From positions 224,001 through 288,000 of the forward strand of contig CAWGMQ010000006.1 of NCBI GenBank assembly GCA_963823665.1: 64,000 nucleotides of DNA, in the 5' to 3' direction. Origin of the DNA: an uncultured Planctomycetota bacterium. GTDB lineage: Bacteria; Planctomycetota; Planctomycetia; Isosphaerales; Isosphaeraceae. A program made the position numbers and the translations under genes. This document shows, in pieces, positions 1-9,697 of this stretch (positions are counted from its first letter, which is position 1; each line of letters opens with the position of its first letter). The notes under the pieces are model-generated. The model did not search any database and was not told the origin of the DNA. It saw nothing but the letters and a program-made list of their open reading frames with translations.

Positions 1-120
1 AAGTTGCCGTTTGACCAGCCAGTCACGGTAGCTGGGATCATTCGTCCCGAATATGACTGCGTCTCCACCCTTGAGTCGCCGAACCGCGGCACGAAACAAG
101 TCTGGTCTCAAGTACATCAT
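1..120 (-). CDS. hypothetical protein, 5' part (runs off window start)
   Basis: Minus-strand ATG at 120, open to the window edge (MMYLRPDLFRAAVRRLKGG...), co-oriented with the upstream gene. Confidence 0.3.
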   Translation of the reverse strand, partial: MMYLRPDLFRAAVRRLKGGDAVIFGTNDPSYRDWLVKRQL

Positions 121-161
121 GGCGGTATGCCTTAGCGGAGCGCTCGCCCGTTAATCACGCG

Positions 162-1586
162 CTACTTTTTAACCCCGCCCGCACCACTTTCGGAACCGGA
201 CGCGAGAAACGCGATGATATCGCGCACAGCCGCGTCCCCGAGTTGGGCAGCCAACCCGACCGGCATGACGGACGTGCCGCTCGGCCGGATCTGCGCGATC
301 TTTCCGCGGTCAATCAGCGTGGCTCGCGCATTCGTGTCCGTCACGCGGATTGCGGTCGGACCCTCGGCGCGAACCACACCCACCACAACCTGTCCATCCT
401 TGGTCGCGATCGTGTAGGAGGTGTAGTCCGGCTCAATCGACGCACTGGGCGCGGCGATGCTGCGATAGATATCGGCCCGGCCTTTCTTGCCGATCTCAGT
501 CAAGTCAGGTCCCACGGTGCCCCCTTGCCCTCGGAACGCGTGGCATTGCGAGCACCGGGCTCCTTCGCCCGAGAAAAGTGCCTGACCTCGCGCAGGGTCG
601 CCACCCGAGAGATCCGGCAAGACCAGAGGCGCCTGCGCCGCGGCCTCCGGCGGCAAGGGCGCCCAGGGTACGATCACCTGGTCGCGCTCGATTGCGTGGT
701 CTTTGCGGGTCTTATCCTCGGCCAGGCGGTAGGAAGCCTTGAGCACAAACGGGCGCCGGTCTCCGCCGGTCTGCACGCGAACCAAGAGGAACAACGGCTC
801 GCCCTTCGCCTTCGGCTCGACGGCCAGCTCGACGCTGTTCAGCCCGTCGGGACCCTTGGCGGCGGCCGGCTCCCCCTGGCTCTCGCCGAGCGTGGCTTCC
901 TCGATCGTGCCGGTCGATCGCAGTCGAAATGCCGCGGCTCCTGCGGGTAGACGCACGAGCGCAGAGAGCGTGAGCCGGCCCGGCTGCGCCAGGAGCGCCA
1001 GGCTCGCTTCGTGCGGCCGCGAGCCCTGCGTCAGGCGCCGAGTGGTCTCGAGGTCGAGCGAAGGCCACCAGCCCTGCGATTGAGGGTCGTCTCCGGCGTC
1101 GGCCGCCGCGGGGCTCCATCCCCATTCGACTCCAGAAAGATCATAAGCTGCTTCCGGTGCGCGCGCCCTGCCGGTATCGTCATTAACCCGAAGCGCGCCC
1201 AGCGGCAGGACATAACGCGCCTCGCGCGGATGCGGGTCCGTCGCGATGAATAACGTTCGCCCGGCGTCGCCCGTGCGGACATCCACGATCCGCAGAGCCC
1301 CTGCACGCCGCACTTGCTTGGCCGCCGTGGCGTTCTCAACTCCAGCGGGCGCGAAATAGGCGATGCTCTGGCCCACCAGCGTTTTCGCGCGGACCGGATC
1401 GACCGGCTCGTCGAATGCCGCGACCACATCGAGCGGCCCCGCGGGCCAGGTCGCGACGGGAGCCTCACCTCGCGTTCGTACGCTGGCTGCCGTTTGCGCA
1501 TTCGCCTCTTCCTTGCCCTGCACGAGAGCGATGAGCGCCACACTAAAGATCCACGAAATGGAGGCTGAATACGGTGAGTGCATCAA
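162..1586 (-). CDS. secreted protein with C-terminal PVC-type putative heme-binding cytochrome c domain
   Basis: 474-aa ORF, hydrophobic N-terminus; GDPARGQALF...CSQCH...VGPDLT...SVMP cytochrome c pattern. Confidence 0.85.
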   Translation of the reverse strand: MMHSPYSASISWIFSVALIALVQGKEEANAQTAASVRTRGEAPVATWPAGPLDVVAAFDEPVDPVRAKTLVGQSIAYFAPAGVENATAAKQVRRAGALRIVDVRTGDAGRTLFIATDPHPREARYVLPLGALRVNDDTGRARAPEAAYDLSGVEWGWSPAAADAGDDPQSQGWWPSLDLETTRRLTQGSRPHEASLALLAQPGRLTLSALVRLPAGAAAFRLRSTGTIEEATLGESQGEPAAAKGPDGLNSVELAVEPKAKGEPLFLLVRVQTGGDRRPFVLKASYRLAEDKTRKDHAIERDQVIVPWAPLPPEAAAQAPLVLPDLSGGDPARGQALFSGEGARCSQCHAFRGQGGTVGPDLTEIGKKGRADIYRSIAAPSASIEPDYTSYTIATKDGQVVVGVVRAEGPTAIRVTDTNARATLIDRGKIAQIRPSGTSVMPVGLAAQLGDAAVRDIIAFLASGSESGAGGVKK

Positions 1587-1781
1587 TCTCGAGCTGCCTT
1601 CGCCTGGCTGCGGTCAACAGGAATCAGTAAAACTCGACGGTCGTCTCATCCTATCCGCACGTCCACGTTGCAGACCAGGGCCATTGGCCCCGTGTTTTTT
1701 CGGAATTGACGCTTCCGGGCGATTGATCTAGATTCTGCGAACCTGCACGTCGCGACGCTGTAAAAACGAAGGGAGGGAGCC

Positions 1782-2326
1782 GTGGCCTGGCGCTGGAATG
1801 CGAGGCGGTTGATCGTTTCTGCGTTCGTCATCCTTCATCTCTCTGCGATCAGCCTGTGGACGATGCCTCCTTGCTTTATCAAGGGTCACCTCGAGCCCTT
1901 TTACAAATACTACGTGCTGCCGAGCGGCGTGTGGCAATGGTGGGCGATTTTCGCACCGATCCCGTGCGCGACACGATGGTCCTGGACGCCGAGATCGTCG
2001 ACGCCAAGGGAATGCGGCACATCCATGAGTTTCCACGGCTCGCCGAGCTTCCCTGGTGGCAGAAGGTCCCGCGGTATCGTCAGCCGAAGTTCACCGGCAA
2101 CATGGCCTCGCCCGAGTACTATACATCACGCAAGTTCGTCGCCCGCTACGCGGCGCGGCAAATGGATCTCAAGGCGGAGTCATTTCCGGTGTGGGTGAGC
2201 CTCTACTATCAGATCAAGGATACACCACCGCCGAGTGCGACGGCCGTCTCCGACCCGATGGCTCCCCCGCGCATCCATATGATCGAGCGGTTCGAGTTTG
2301 CTTCGATCGAGGAGGTGACGAAATGA
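1782..2326 (+). CDS. DUF5819/SdpA-like membrane protein (apparent 1-bp frameshift near 1957)
   Basis: GTG after GGAGGGAG; ORFs 1782..2198 and 1856..2326 join to give QWWAIFAP-DP, the W-x-x-FAP-x-P motif typical of HTTM partner proteins; stop overlaps the next ATG (ATGA). Confidence 0.65.
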
Positions 2327-3357
2327 ATCCCATCCGGGCATGGAATCGCCTGTTCTTCGCGCCGGTCTCGGCTCGCCCGCTCGGTGTCTTTCGCATCGTC
2401 TACGGCGTGCTCATGCTGATGTATCTGGGCTTGATGATCCCCGAATTCGACTTCTTCTACACCGGGGCGGGGCTGCTCCGAGGCGCGGAGTCGCGCGAGG
2501 CGGCCGGCCCGCTTCGTATTTCCGCCCTTCAGTTTACCGATAGCCCGACCGCGTCCTATGCCGTCTGGGCAGTAACCACGGCAGCAGCCGTTGGGCTCAC
2601 CCTCGGCTGGCGAACCCGGATCATGAGCGTGCTGCTCTATCTTGGTATGATCACTCTTTATCACCGAAACGTCATGTCCAACGGTGGCCCGGACGCGGTT
2701 CCCCTGCTGCTCAGCTTCTACATGATGTTCTGCCCGAGCGGGGCTGCCTGCTCGCTCGACGCCATGCGTGCCGCCCGCAAGCGCGGAACCGTTGCGGAGC
2801 CGCTGATTGTGCCCTGGGGAATGCGCCTCCTCCAGATGCAGATCTGCTTGATCTACTTCCAATCGTGCGTGATCAAGTGCCGGGGGCCCCTCTGGCTGGA
2901 CGGCACGTCGGTCCATTACGTGCTCTTCAATCGTGAGTTCGGCATGTTCAACCTGGAGTGGCTCGCGCAGTATCCCTTGCTGGTCAACATCATGACTCAC
3001 AGCGCCCTCTTGTTCGAATTCTCAGTGGCGTTCTGGCTCTGGTTCCGTCCCACCAGGCGCTGGGCGATCCTGGCCGGAATCATGCTGCACCTGGGAATCC
3101 GTCCGGTGTTGAATATTCCGGGCTTCGGCGAAGCGATGATTGCGACGTATTTGACTTTCCTGGCGCCGGACGAGCTTGACGCCCTGCTGCGACGCCTCGA
3201 CCCGCGGGCCGCGCTCGCTCGGTTAGCCTCGGTCTTCTCGCTCCCCAACTTATGGCCGGCCGGCCGCCAGGTATCGATACCCGCGCTGCAAAAGCTGGAG
3301 TTCCCACGCGACTGGGCCGAAGGCCGCTCCGGTGCCGAGCCGGTCGCGTTTGGTTGA
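2323..3357 (+). CDS. HTTM-domain protein (vitamin K-dependent carboxylase-like / SdpB-like)
   Basis: ATG 2323 after GGAGG; multi-TM; ARPLGVFRI, SLDA, RLLQMQICLIYFQSCVIK...WLDG, LHLGI motifs. Confidence 0.85.
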   Translation: MNPIRAWNRLFFAPVSARPLGVFRIVYGVLMLMYLGLMIPEFDFFYTGAGLLRGAESREAAGPLRISALQFTDSPTASYAVWAVTTAAAVGLTLGWRTRIMSVLLYLGMITLYHRNVMSNGGPDAVPLLLSFYMMFCPSGAACSLDAMRAARKRGTVAEPLIVPWGMRLLQMQICLIYFQSCVIKCRGPLWLDGTSVHYVLFNREFGMFNLEWLAQYPLLVNIMTHSALLFEFSVAFWLWFRPTRRWAILAGIMLHLGIRPVLNIPGFGEAMIATYLTFLAPDELDALLRRLDPRAALARLASVFSLPNLWPAGRQVSIPALQKLEFPRDWAEGRSGAEPVAFG

Positions 3358-3427
3358 AAATCGCCAGGAGTTCTCCGGCGCGACGCGGATCCTTCAGGAA
3401 CGCTTTCGCCGCAACCACAAAACCTCT

Positions 3428-3452
3428 CGTTCCCACGCTCCGCGCGGGAACG
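3428..3452. repeat. REP-like palindrome CGTTCCCACGC-TCC-GCGCGGGAACG
   Basis: 11-bp arms with one mismatch and a TCC loop, intergenic. Confidence 0.65.
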
Positions 3453-3528
3453 TCCCCCATGCCGCTCTGCGGCGCAGAGCGCGCGAGTCCGCGCAAGCAA
3501 TCGCCGTTCCATTGTCGCCCTTCGCTCC

Positions 3529-5180
3529 GAGGCTGTGATTTTTTCGGCGTTGGGGTTGATTTTGTATAGTGTTCACGTTCTAATACCATGCATGTAGTCC
3601 GCCGCATGAGCCCCACGCAGCCCCGGTGTTGCAGGACGAGCGTCATGACACTTCCTCTCTTTAGCCCAGAAGACTTGCCCGATCAGCCCTCTCCCGCCCA
3701 GGCTGCCCAGTCGATGCCAACTGGCAAGCCGCGGCTGCGGTGTCCCGTACGCGACCAGATCGAGATGCGCTGGGCATCGCTCGATGAATTGCTCGAGGCC
3801 GACCATCCGGCCCGGGTCGTCTGGGCGGCGGTCTGCAAGCTCGATCTGAAAGCCTGGCTCGGCGAGATCAAGGCCGTCGAGCGACATGTCGGCCGAGATG
3901 CCACCGACCCGCGCTTGCTGGTCGGATTGCGGGTTTTCGCCACATTGAAGGGAGTCGGCAGCGCCCGTGAAATCGAACGGCTGTGCGAAAAGAACCAAGG
4001 GAGTCTGCCGTACCAGTGGCTGTGCGGCGGCGTAACCGTCAACCACAGCATGTTGTCCCACTTCCTCGCTTGTGGGGGCGAGAAGTTGAACGAACTGCTC
4101 ACGCAGATCGTGGGCACCCTGCTCCATGCCGGGTTGGTGAAAATGGACCGGGTCGCTCAGGACGGAATGAGAGTGCGTGCCAGCGCGGGCAAGAGCTCGT
4201 TTCGTCGTCGCGGTAGCCTGGAGGAGTGCCTGAAAGCGGCGAAGGAGCAGGTTGAGGCGCTGAAGAAACTGGCCGAGGAGGACACAGCAGAGCTGACTCG
4301 ACGGCAGCGAGCGGCGCGGGAGCGTGCCGCCAACAAGCGACAGCAACGGATCGAAGAAGCGATGCGGCAGTGCGAGGAGCTGCAACGCGAACGTGACGAG
4401 TCCTACGGCCGCAAGGGGCGGGAAGCGCGTGCTTCGACCACCGACCCCGACGCGAGGATCATGAAGTTTCCAGACGGAGGATTCCGGCCGGGATATAACG
4501 TTCAATTCACAACAGACACCGAAAGCGGTGTGATTGTGGGTGTGGAGGTGACCAACGCAGGGAACGATGGCGAAGAACTTCCGCCCATGCTCGACCAGTT
4601 GGAGGAGCGTTACGAACGAATTCCGGATGAGGCATTGGTTGACGGTGGCTTCACGACCAAGGACTCGATCGATCAGGCGGCCCAACGCGGCTGCATCGTA
4701 TACGGGCCGATCAGAGACGAGAAAAAGAAACAGGCAAATGGAGAAGATCCCTACACCGCAAAGAAGGGCGACAGCGAAGCGGTTGCCGCTTGGCGGATCC
4801 GAATGGGGACCGAGGCCGCGAAGCTGATCTACCGGCTGCGAGGCCAAACAGCCGAGTGGGTCAACGCCCAGGCTCGCAATCGAGGATTCTGGTTTATGCC
4901 CGTGCGTGGCCAACCGCGTTGCCGCGCCGTCGCATTGTTGTTTGCAATTGCTCACAACCTGGTTGTCGCAGGGAGACTGCGCCCAGCGATGGGCAAACTG
5001 GCGGAATGAGCGGTACTTTGCAAAAAAGGGACAAAATAGGAAAGCGCGTTTGCGTCAACGGCTGGGCTATTGGAGAACTGGCGTGAATCGGCGGCACTAA
5101 CCGAGCGACCAAGCGGTGAATCACAGCCGACTAGGCCCAACGGCCGAGTTACCGCAACGCGGCCAAAAGATGACAGCCTC
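3529..5180 (+). mobile_element. IS1182-family insertion sequence, copy 1 (1652 bp)
   Basis: Terminal inverted repeats GAGGCTGTGATTTTTT / AAAAGATGACAGCCTC (14/16); flanked by TCC direct repeats (3526-3528, 5181-5183); near-identical to 7960-9612. Confidence 0.9.
3645..5009 (+). CDS. IS1182-family DDE transposase
   Basis: SLDELLEADHPAR (DUF772-like), SAREIERLC, YQWLCGG, DGMRVRASA, STTDPDARIMK, GYNVQ, LVDGGF, YRLR...AEWVNA; ORF open from 3588, ATG 3645 has the better RBS. Confidence 0.9.
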   Translation: MTLPLFSPEDLPDQPSPAQAAQSMPTGKPRLRCPVRDQIEMRWASLDELLEADHPARVVWAAVCKLDLKAWLGEIKAVERHVGRDATDPRLLVGLRVFATLKGVGSAREIERLCEKNQGSLPYQWLCGGVTVNHSMLSHFLACGGEKLNELLTQIVGTLLHAGLVKMDRVAQDGMRVRASAGKSSFRRRGSLEECLKAAKEQVEALKKLAEEDTAELTRRQRAARERAANKRQQRIEEAMRQCEELQRERDESYGRKGREARASTTDPDARIMKFPDGGFRPGYNVQFTTDTESGVIVGVEVTNAGNDGEELPPMLDQLEERYERIPDEALVDGGFTTKDSIDQAAQRGCIVYGPIRDEKKKQANGEDPYTAKKGDSEAVAAWRIRMGTEAAKLIYRLRGQTAEWVNAQARNRGFWFMPVRGQPRCRAVALLFAIAHNLVVAGRLRPAMGKLAE

Positions 5181-5301
5181 TCCGCGAAGGGTCACCAAAG
5201 TCTGGCAGCACCGGGTGGGGCTCCAGGCACGCTCTCGCTCCAGCCTGACACCGCGACTACAATCGAGTGCCACGAGTTTGCTTCATGTGGGAGTTCGTTC
5301 T

Positions 5302-5976
5302 GTGGCCGACATCTCTTCGCAAGATTTGAACGTTCCCCCGATCAAAACCGAGGAACAGCTCGTCGCGCAGTTGATCAAGCATCGGGACGAAATCCGCAAC
5401 GGAGCGGCGCTCTTCAACGGCGTGCCCATCAATTACGAAACCGAGCTCACTCGATTCGTGCGTGCGACCGGCTTCTTGCATTTGCGCATTCGGACATACT
5501 CGGGTTATCTCGTTGTTGACCAGGAACCACTCGAATCCCTTCGACGAACCTATATCGTCTCTTCCCTGATGTTGGGTTGGTGGTCCATCCCGTTCGGTGT
5601 GATCGATACGGTGAGCGCTGTCGGAACCAACATGAGGGGAGGAATACGATCTAAAGTCAGCGACCTGATCGGAGGAGACGACGTCGTCAAGCTCAGCAAA
5701 CGCGCGGCAGAAGCGGCGGTCAAACAGATGGCCGAGCGCGGATTTCCACCGGGCTCGGCGCTGCGGCTCGACGTGACCGGCAGAAAGAGGCCGCTCAAAT
5801 ATGAAATCACGTATGACGACGCGCCGCCGCTGGGCGGTCGCGACTGGATTATCGAATCGAACGGATTGACCATCCTCGTCTTCAGAAGGGACGCGCCTCG
5901 CGTCAAAGGGCTCACGGTCGACTTTCAACAGGGCGCATACACCTTCCACGAGGGCACGTTTGCCTCGCCCGAGTGA
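5302..5976 (+). CDS. membrane protein with C-terminal HesB/IscA-like domain lacking cysteines
   Basis: Part of ORF 5116..5976, GTG after GGGAG; LGWWSIPFG...NMRGG segment, then VKLSKRAAEA...ALRLDVTG...YEITYD...GLTILV...GLTVDF. Confidence 0.55.
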   Translation: MADISSQDLNVPPIKTEEQLVAQLIKHRDEIRNGAALFNGVPINYETELTRFVRATGFLHLRIRTYSGYLVVDQEPLESLRRTYIVSSLMLGWWSIPFGVIDTVSAVGTNMRGGIRSKVSDLIGGDDVVKLSKRAAEAAVKQMAERGFPPGSALRLDVTGRKRPLKYEITYDDAPPLGGRDWIIESNGLTILVFRRDAPRVKGLTVDFQQGAYTFHEGTFASPE

Positions 5977-6027
5977 GGGCGTGATAATACATCCGGTGAG
6001 CCATTACGTTTGATCGGAGGGCCGGAC

Positions 6028-6564
6028 GTGGAAAAGCACCTCTGTCCGAACTGCAAGTCGTCGACCGTCGTCCCGGGCCAATTGTTGACTGGCGAGCTTT
6101 CTGGATTCTGGCTCTTCTCATCCCACACGAGCGGGCACGGAGTGAGTCTGACGGGGAGCTTCCTTTCCTGCTGGTCGTGCGGCCATGTCTGGACGAGTGT
6201 GGACCCAGCGAAACTGCGTGCCTGCATCGCGACGAATGGCAACGAGCTGATCAAGGAACAACTCGAGCCTTTCGCGCACGATCCGTTTTATGGCCTGCCG
6301 GATTTCCCTGAAGCGCACGTGGCCGCGAACGGCGTCGCCGAGATCGACAGTCTCGTTTTTGCAGGAAAGATTGTCGAGGCAATTCGCCGCTATCGCGAAC
6401 TGACCCATACGCCGTGGGGCCCGGCAGGTGACGACATCCGAGCCTGGCACAGCCTGAAACGTCCGCGCAAGCTCGCAATGTTCGGTTGGCACGAAAAGGA
6501 AGAAGCCATCGACAAGGAATCGTTTGCCAAAGACCCCATGCGCGACCGCTGGATTGACGGCTAA
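6028..6564 (+). CDS. hypothetical protein with Zn-ribbon (CPNC...CWSC)
   Basis: GTG after GGAGG; two CxxC pairs; C-terminal DPMRDRWIDG tail. Confidence 0.7.
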   Translation: MEKHLCPNCKSSTVVPGQLLTGELSGFWLFSSHTSGHGVSLTGSFLSCWSCGHVWTSVDPAKLRACIATNGNELIKEQLEPFAHDPFYGLPDFPEAHVAANGVAEIDSLVFAGKIVEAIRRYRELTHTPWGPAGDDIRAWHSLKRPRKLAMFGWHEKEEAIDKESFAKDPMRDRWIDG

Positions 6565-6768
6565 CGGTCGTCCGAGCCTCATGTCGGCGCGCAGAGAATA
6601 CGACGAGCCCGGACGACAACCCGCGTGTGACCACGGTCGTCAGCCCGTGGTTCAGACGGGAATGTGTGCCTCGCACGTAAGTGCGAGCTGTGCGCCAGGG
6701 GGCGCCACGTCCACGCCCCACGCCAGACATCATGCGTCACGTCCGAGCCGCGCAACGAAGCACACGGT

Positions 6769-7188
6769 TCAAGCGATTTCGAACACCCGATCCAGCCGCG
6801 TGAGACGAAACACCTCCAGCAAGCTCGGGCTGACCCCCCGAAGAATGAGCTTCCGCCTGAATGCTCGGGCTTCGCGCTTGAGGCTGATGAGCCTGCCGAG
6901 CGCCTCACTCGAGATGTCTTGAACCTCGCGGAAATCGATGACGAGCCGAGCCCCGATCAGTAATCCCGCCGCCTCGAACGCCGCATTCAATGACCCAGCC
7001 TCAAGTCGCGTGCCTTCGAGCAAAACCACCTGGGCATCGCCGTCTTCGCGGAGGTCAAACCAGATGAGATGCCCACACTCCGGACAGGGCGCGTCTCCGC
7101 CCGGAAAAGAAGGTTCGATCGCAACATCGGCCCCACAAACCAGGCACCGACCCGACCGGCCTTCAGGAGTTCTCGAAGAGATGGCCAT
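6769..7188 (-). CDS. Zn-ribbon + STAS (anti-sigma factor antagonist) protein
   Basis: CLVC...DAPCPECGHLIWF then LVIDFREVQDISSEALGRLI...VFRLTRLDRVFEI. Confidence 0.85.
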   Translation of the reverse strand: MAISSRTPEGRSGRCLVCGADVAIEPSFPGGDAPCPECGHLIWFDLREDGDAQVVLLEGTRLEAGSLNAAFEAAGLLIGARLVIDFREVQDISSEALGRLISLKREARAFRRKLILRGVSPSLLEVFRLTRLDRVFEIA

Positions 7189-7218
7189 CGATTCGCTCAC
7201 CTCGCATGATCGAGCACG

Positions 7219-7707
7219 CTACATGCGCGGCACAAACGGCTTCAATGCGAACTGGTAGGTGAGAAGGGCAACGATTGCCGCGTCTGCCAGCAACAGCGCG
7301 CGATCTCCGGCACGATTGACCCGCACGAGAAGGTGCGGCGTGACAAAGCAAAGCCCAAAAACAGCAGCCGGCAAGAGCACGGGAACGATTCTGTCGAACG
7401 TGTCGGCGCGCAGACTCAAGAACGACAACGTGATCACGCACGAAAGCGCGAATACGCTCGCGAGCTGAGCGGGCGTGTGTTTCCGAATTGCAAAGACAGC
7501 CAGCGAGCCCAGGATCATCCAGAGGAGAACCGCTGTCGTTACGTATTCCTCGACAAAGGCTGGGGCACCAAAAGTCGGAATGCTTGCATAGCACCTCTTG
7601 ATCTGCACAACGACCCCACACGCCCCCGCAATTGCCGTGACGAACAGGAGCAATGTCGCCAAACTGAAACTCAGTGATTCGGGCCGCTCGGCTTCCGTTG
7701 TGCTCAT
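7219..7707 (-). CDS. hypothetical membrane protein
   Basis: ATG after GGAGA; about five hydrophobic segments; FSLATLLLFVT N-terminus. Confidence 0.7.
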   Translation of the reverse strand: MSTTEAERPESLSFSLATLLLFVTAIAGACGVVVQIKRCYASIPTFGAPAFVEEYVTTAVLLWMILGSLAVFAIRKHTPAQLASVFALSCVITLSFLSLRADTFDRIVPVLLPAAVFGLCFVTPHLLVRVNRAGDRALLLADAAIVALLTYQFALKPFVPRM

Positions 7708-7872
7708 GGCTTTCTCCAACAGACCGTTCGCTGTGATACGTCGACGATCCCATCATAGCCGGATTCGCGACCGATTGTGATTGCCGACTCCACATGCCGG
7801 AAGAGGGACCTCAACTCGCCCGTGCGGGCCGAGTTCACCGAGTCAATCCGAATCGTTCGGGTCGGGCGACCG

Positions 7873-7896
7873 TTCGCGGAGCGAAGGGCGACAATG
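7873..7896 (-). repeat. empty REP-like IS target palindrome (inverted copy)
   Basis: Reverse complement CATTGTCGCCCTTCGCTCCGCGAA is identical to the reconstructed empty site of both IS copies. Confidence 0.85.
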
Positions 7897-7959
7897 AATG
7901 TTGCACGAAATCGCAGACGTTCGCTCGGCAAAGGCCCGGCCATTGTCGCCCTTCGCTCC

Positions 7960-9612
7960 GAGGCTGTGATTTTTTCGGCGTTGGGGTTGATTTTGTATAG
8001 TGTTCACGTTCTAATACCATGCATGTAGTCCGCCGCATGAGCCCCACGCAGCCCCGGTGTTGCAGGACGAGCGTCATGACACTTCCTCTCTTTAGCCCAG
8101 AAGACTTGCCCGATCAGCCCTCTCCCGCCCAGGCTGCCCAGTCGATGCCAACTGGCAAGCCGCGGCTGCGGTGTCCCGTACGCGACCAGATCGAGATGCG
8201 CTGGGCATCGCTCGATGAATTGCTCGAGGCCGACCATCCGGCCCGGGTCGTCTGGGCGGCGGTCTGCAAGCTCGATCTGAAAGCCTGGCTCGGCGAGATC
8301 AAGGCCGTCGAGCGACATGTCGGCCGAGATGCCACCGACCCGCGCTTGCTGGTCGGATTGCGGGTTTTCGCCACATTGAAGGGAGTCGGCAGCGCCCGTG
8401 AAATCGAACGGCTGTGCGAAAAGAACCAAGGGAGTCTGCCGTACCAGTGGCTGTGCGGCGGCGTAACCGTCAACCACAGCATGTTGTCCCACTTCCTCGC
8501 TTGTGGGGGCGAGAAGTTGAACGAACTGCTCACGCAGATCGTGGGCACCCTGCTCCATGCCGGGTTGGTGAAAATGGACCGGGTCGCTCAGGACGGAATG
8601 AGAGTGCGTGCCAGCGCGGGCAAGAGGCTCGTTTCGTCGTCGCGGTAGCCTGGAGGAGTGCCTGAAAGCGGCGAAGGAGCAGGTTGAGGCGCTGAAGAAA
8701 CTGGCCGAGGAGGACACAGCAGAGCTGACTCGACGGCAGCGAGCGGCGCGGGAGCGTGCCGCCAACAAGCGACAGCAACGGATCGAAGAAGCGATGCGGC
8801 AGTGCGAGGAGCTGCAACGCGAACGTGACGAGTCCTACGGCCGCAAGGGGCGGGAAGCGCGTGCTTCGACCACCGACCCCGACGCGAGGATCATGAAGTT
8901 TCCAGACGGAGGATTCCGGCCGGGATATAACGTTCAATTCACAACAGACACCGAAAGCGGTGTGATTGTGGGTGTGGAGGTGACCAACGCAGGGAACGAT
9001 GGCGAAGAACTTCCGCCCATGCTCGACCAGTTGGAGGAGCGTTACGAACGAATTCCGGATGAGGCATTGGTTGACGGTGGCTTCACGACCAAGGACTCGA
9101 TCGATCAGGCGGCCCAACGCGGCTGCATCGTATACGGGCCGATCAGAGACGAGAAAAAGAAACAGGCAAATGGAGAAGATCCCTACACCGCAAAGAAGGG
9201 CGACAGCGAAGCGGTTGCCGCTTGGCGGATCCGAATGGGGACCGAGGCCGCGAAGCTGATCTACCGGCTGCGAGGCCAAACAGCCGAGTGGGTCAACGCC
9301 CAGGCTCGCAATCGAGGATTCTGGTTTATGCCCGTGCGTGGCCAACCGCGTTGCCGCGCCGTCGCATTGTTGTTTGCAATTGCTCACAACCTGGTTGTCG
9401 CAGGGAGACTGCGCCCAGCGATGGGCAAACTGGCGGAATGAGCGGTACTTTGCAAAAAAGGGACAAAATAGGAAAGCGCGTTTGCGTCAACGGCTGGGCT
9501 ATTGGAGAACTGGCGTGAATCGGCGGCACTAACCGAGCGACCAAGCGGTGAATCACAGCCGACTAGGCCCAACGGCCGAGTTACCGCAACGCGGCCAAAA
9601 GATGACAGCCTC
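7960..9612 (+). mobile_element. IS1182-family insertion sequence, copy 2 (1653 bp)
   Basis: Same terminal inverted repeats and TCC direct repeats (7957-7959, 9613-9615); one extra G near 8626 relative to copy 1. Confidence 0.9.
8076..9441 (+). pseudogene. IS1182-family transposase, frameshifted (+1 G near 8626; may be a sequencing error)
   Basis: CAAGAGGCTC versus CAAGAGCTC in copy 1; ORFs 8019..8648 and 8608..9441. Confidence 0.8.
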
Positions 9613-9697
9613 TCCGCGAAGGGGCATGCATACCGAACGACGGCACACGCCTGCGGGCTCCACTTATCCTCAACGGCCGCAGCACCACTTCAGGCGG

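Noticed and set aside
5010..5180. Non-coding IS end as a guide/bridge RNA
   Set aside because: The transposase is DDE IS1182-type with inverted repeats, not IS110 or TnpB/IscB, and I saw no convincing target-matching segment.
8608..8648. Programmed frameshift in transposase copy 2
   Set aside because: Copy 1 is a continuous ORF; the difference is one extra G with no slippery motif.
3529..9612. Composite transposon carrying 5181-7959
   Set aside because: Each IS has its own loop duplication within its own hairpin, so independent insertions are simpler; not strictly excluded because the duplications are identical.
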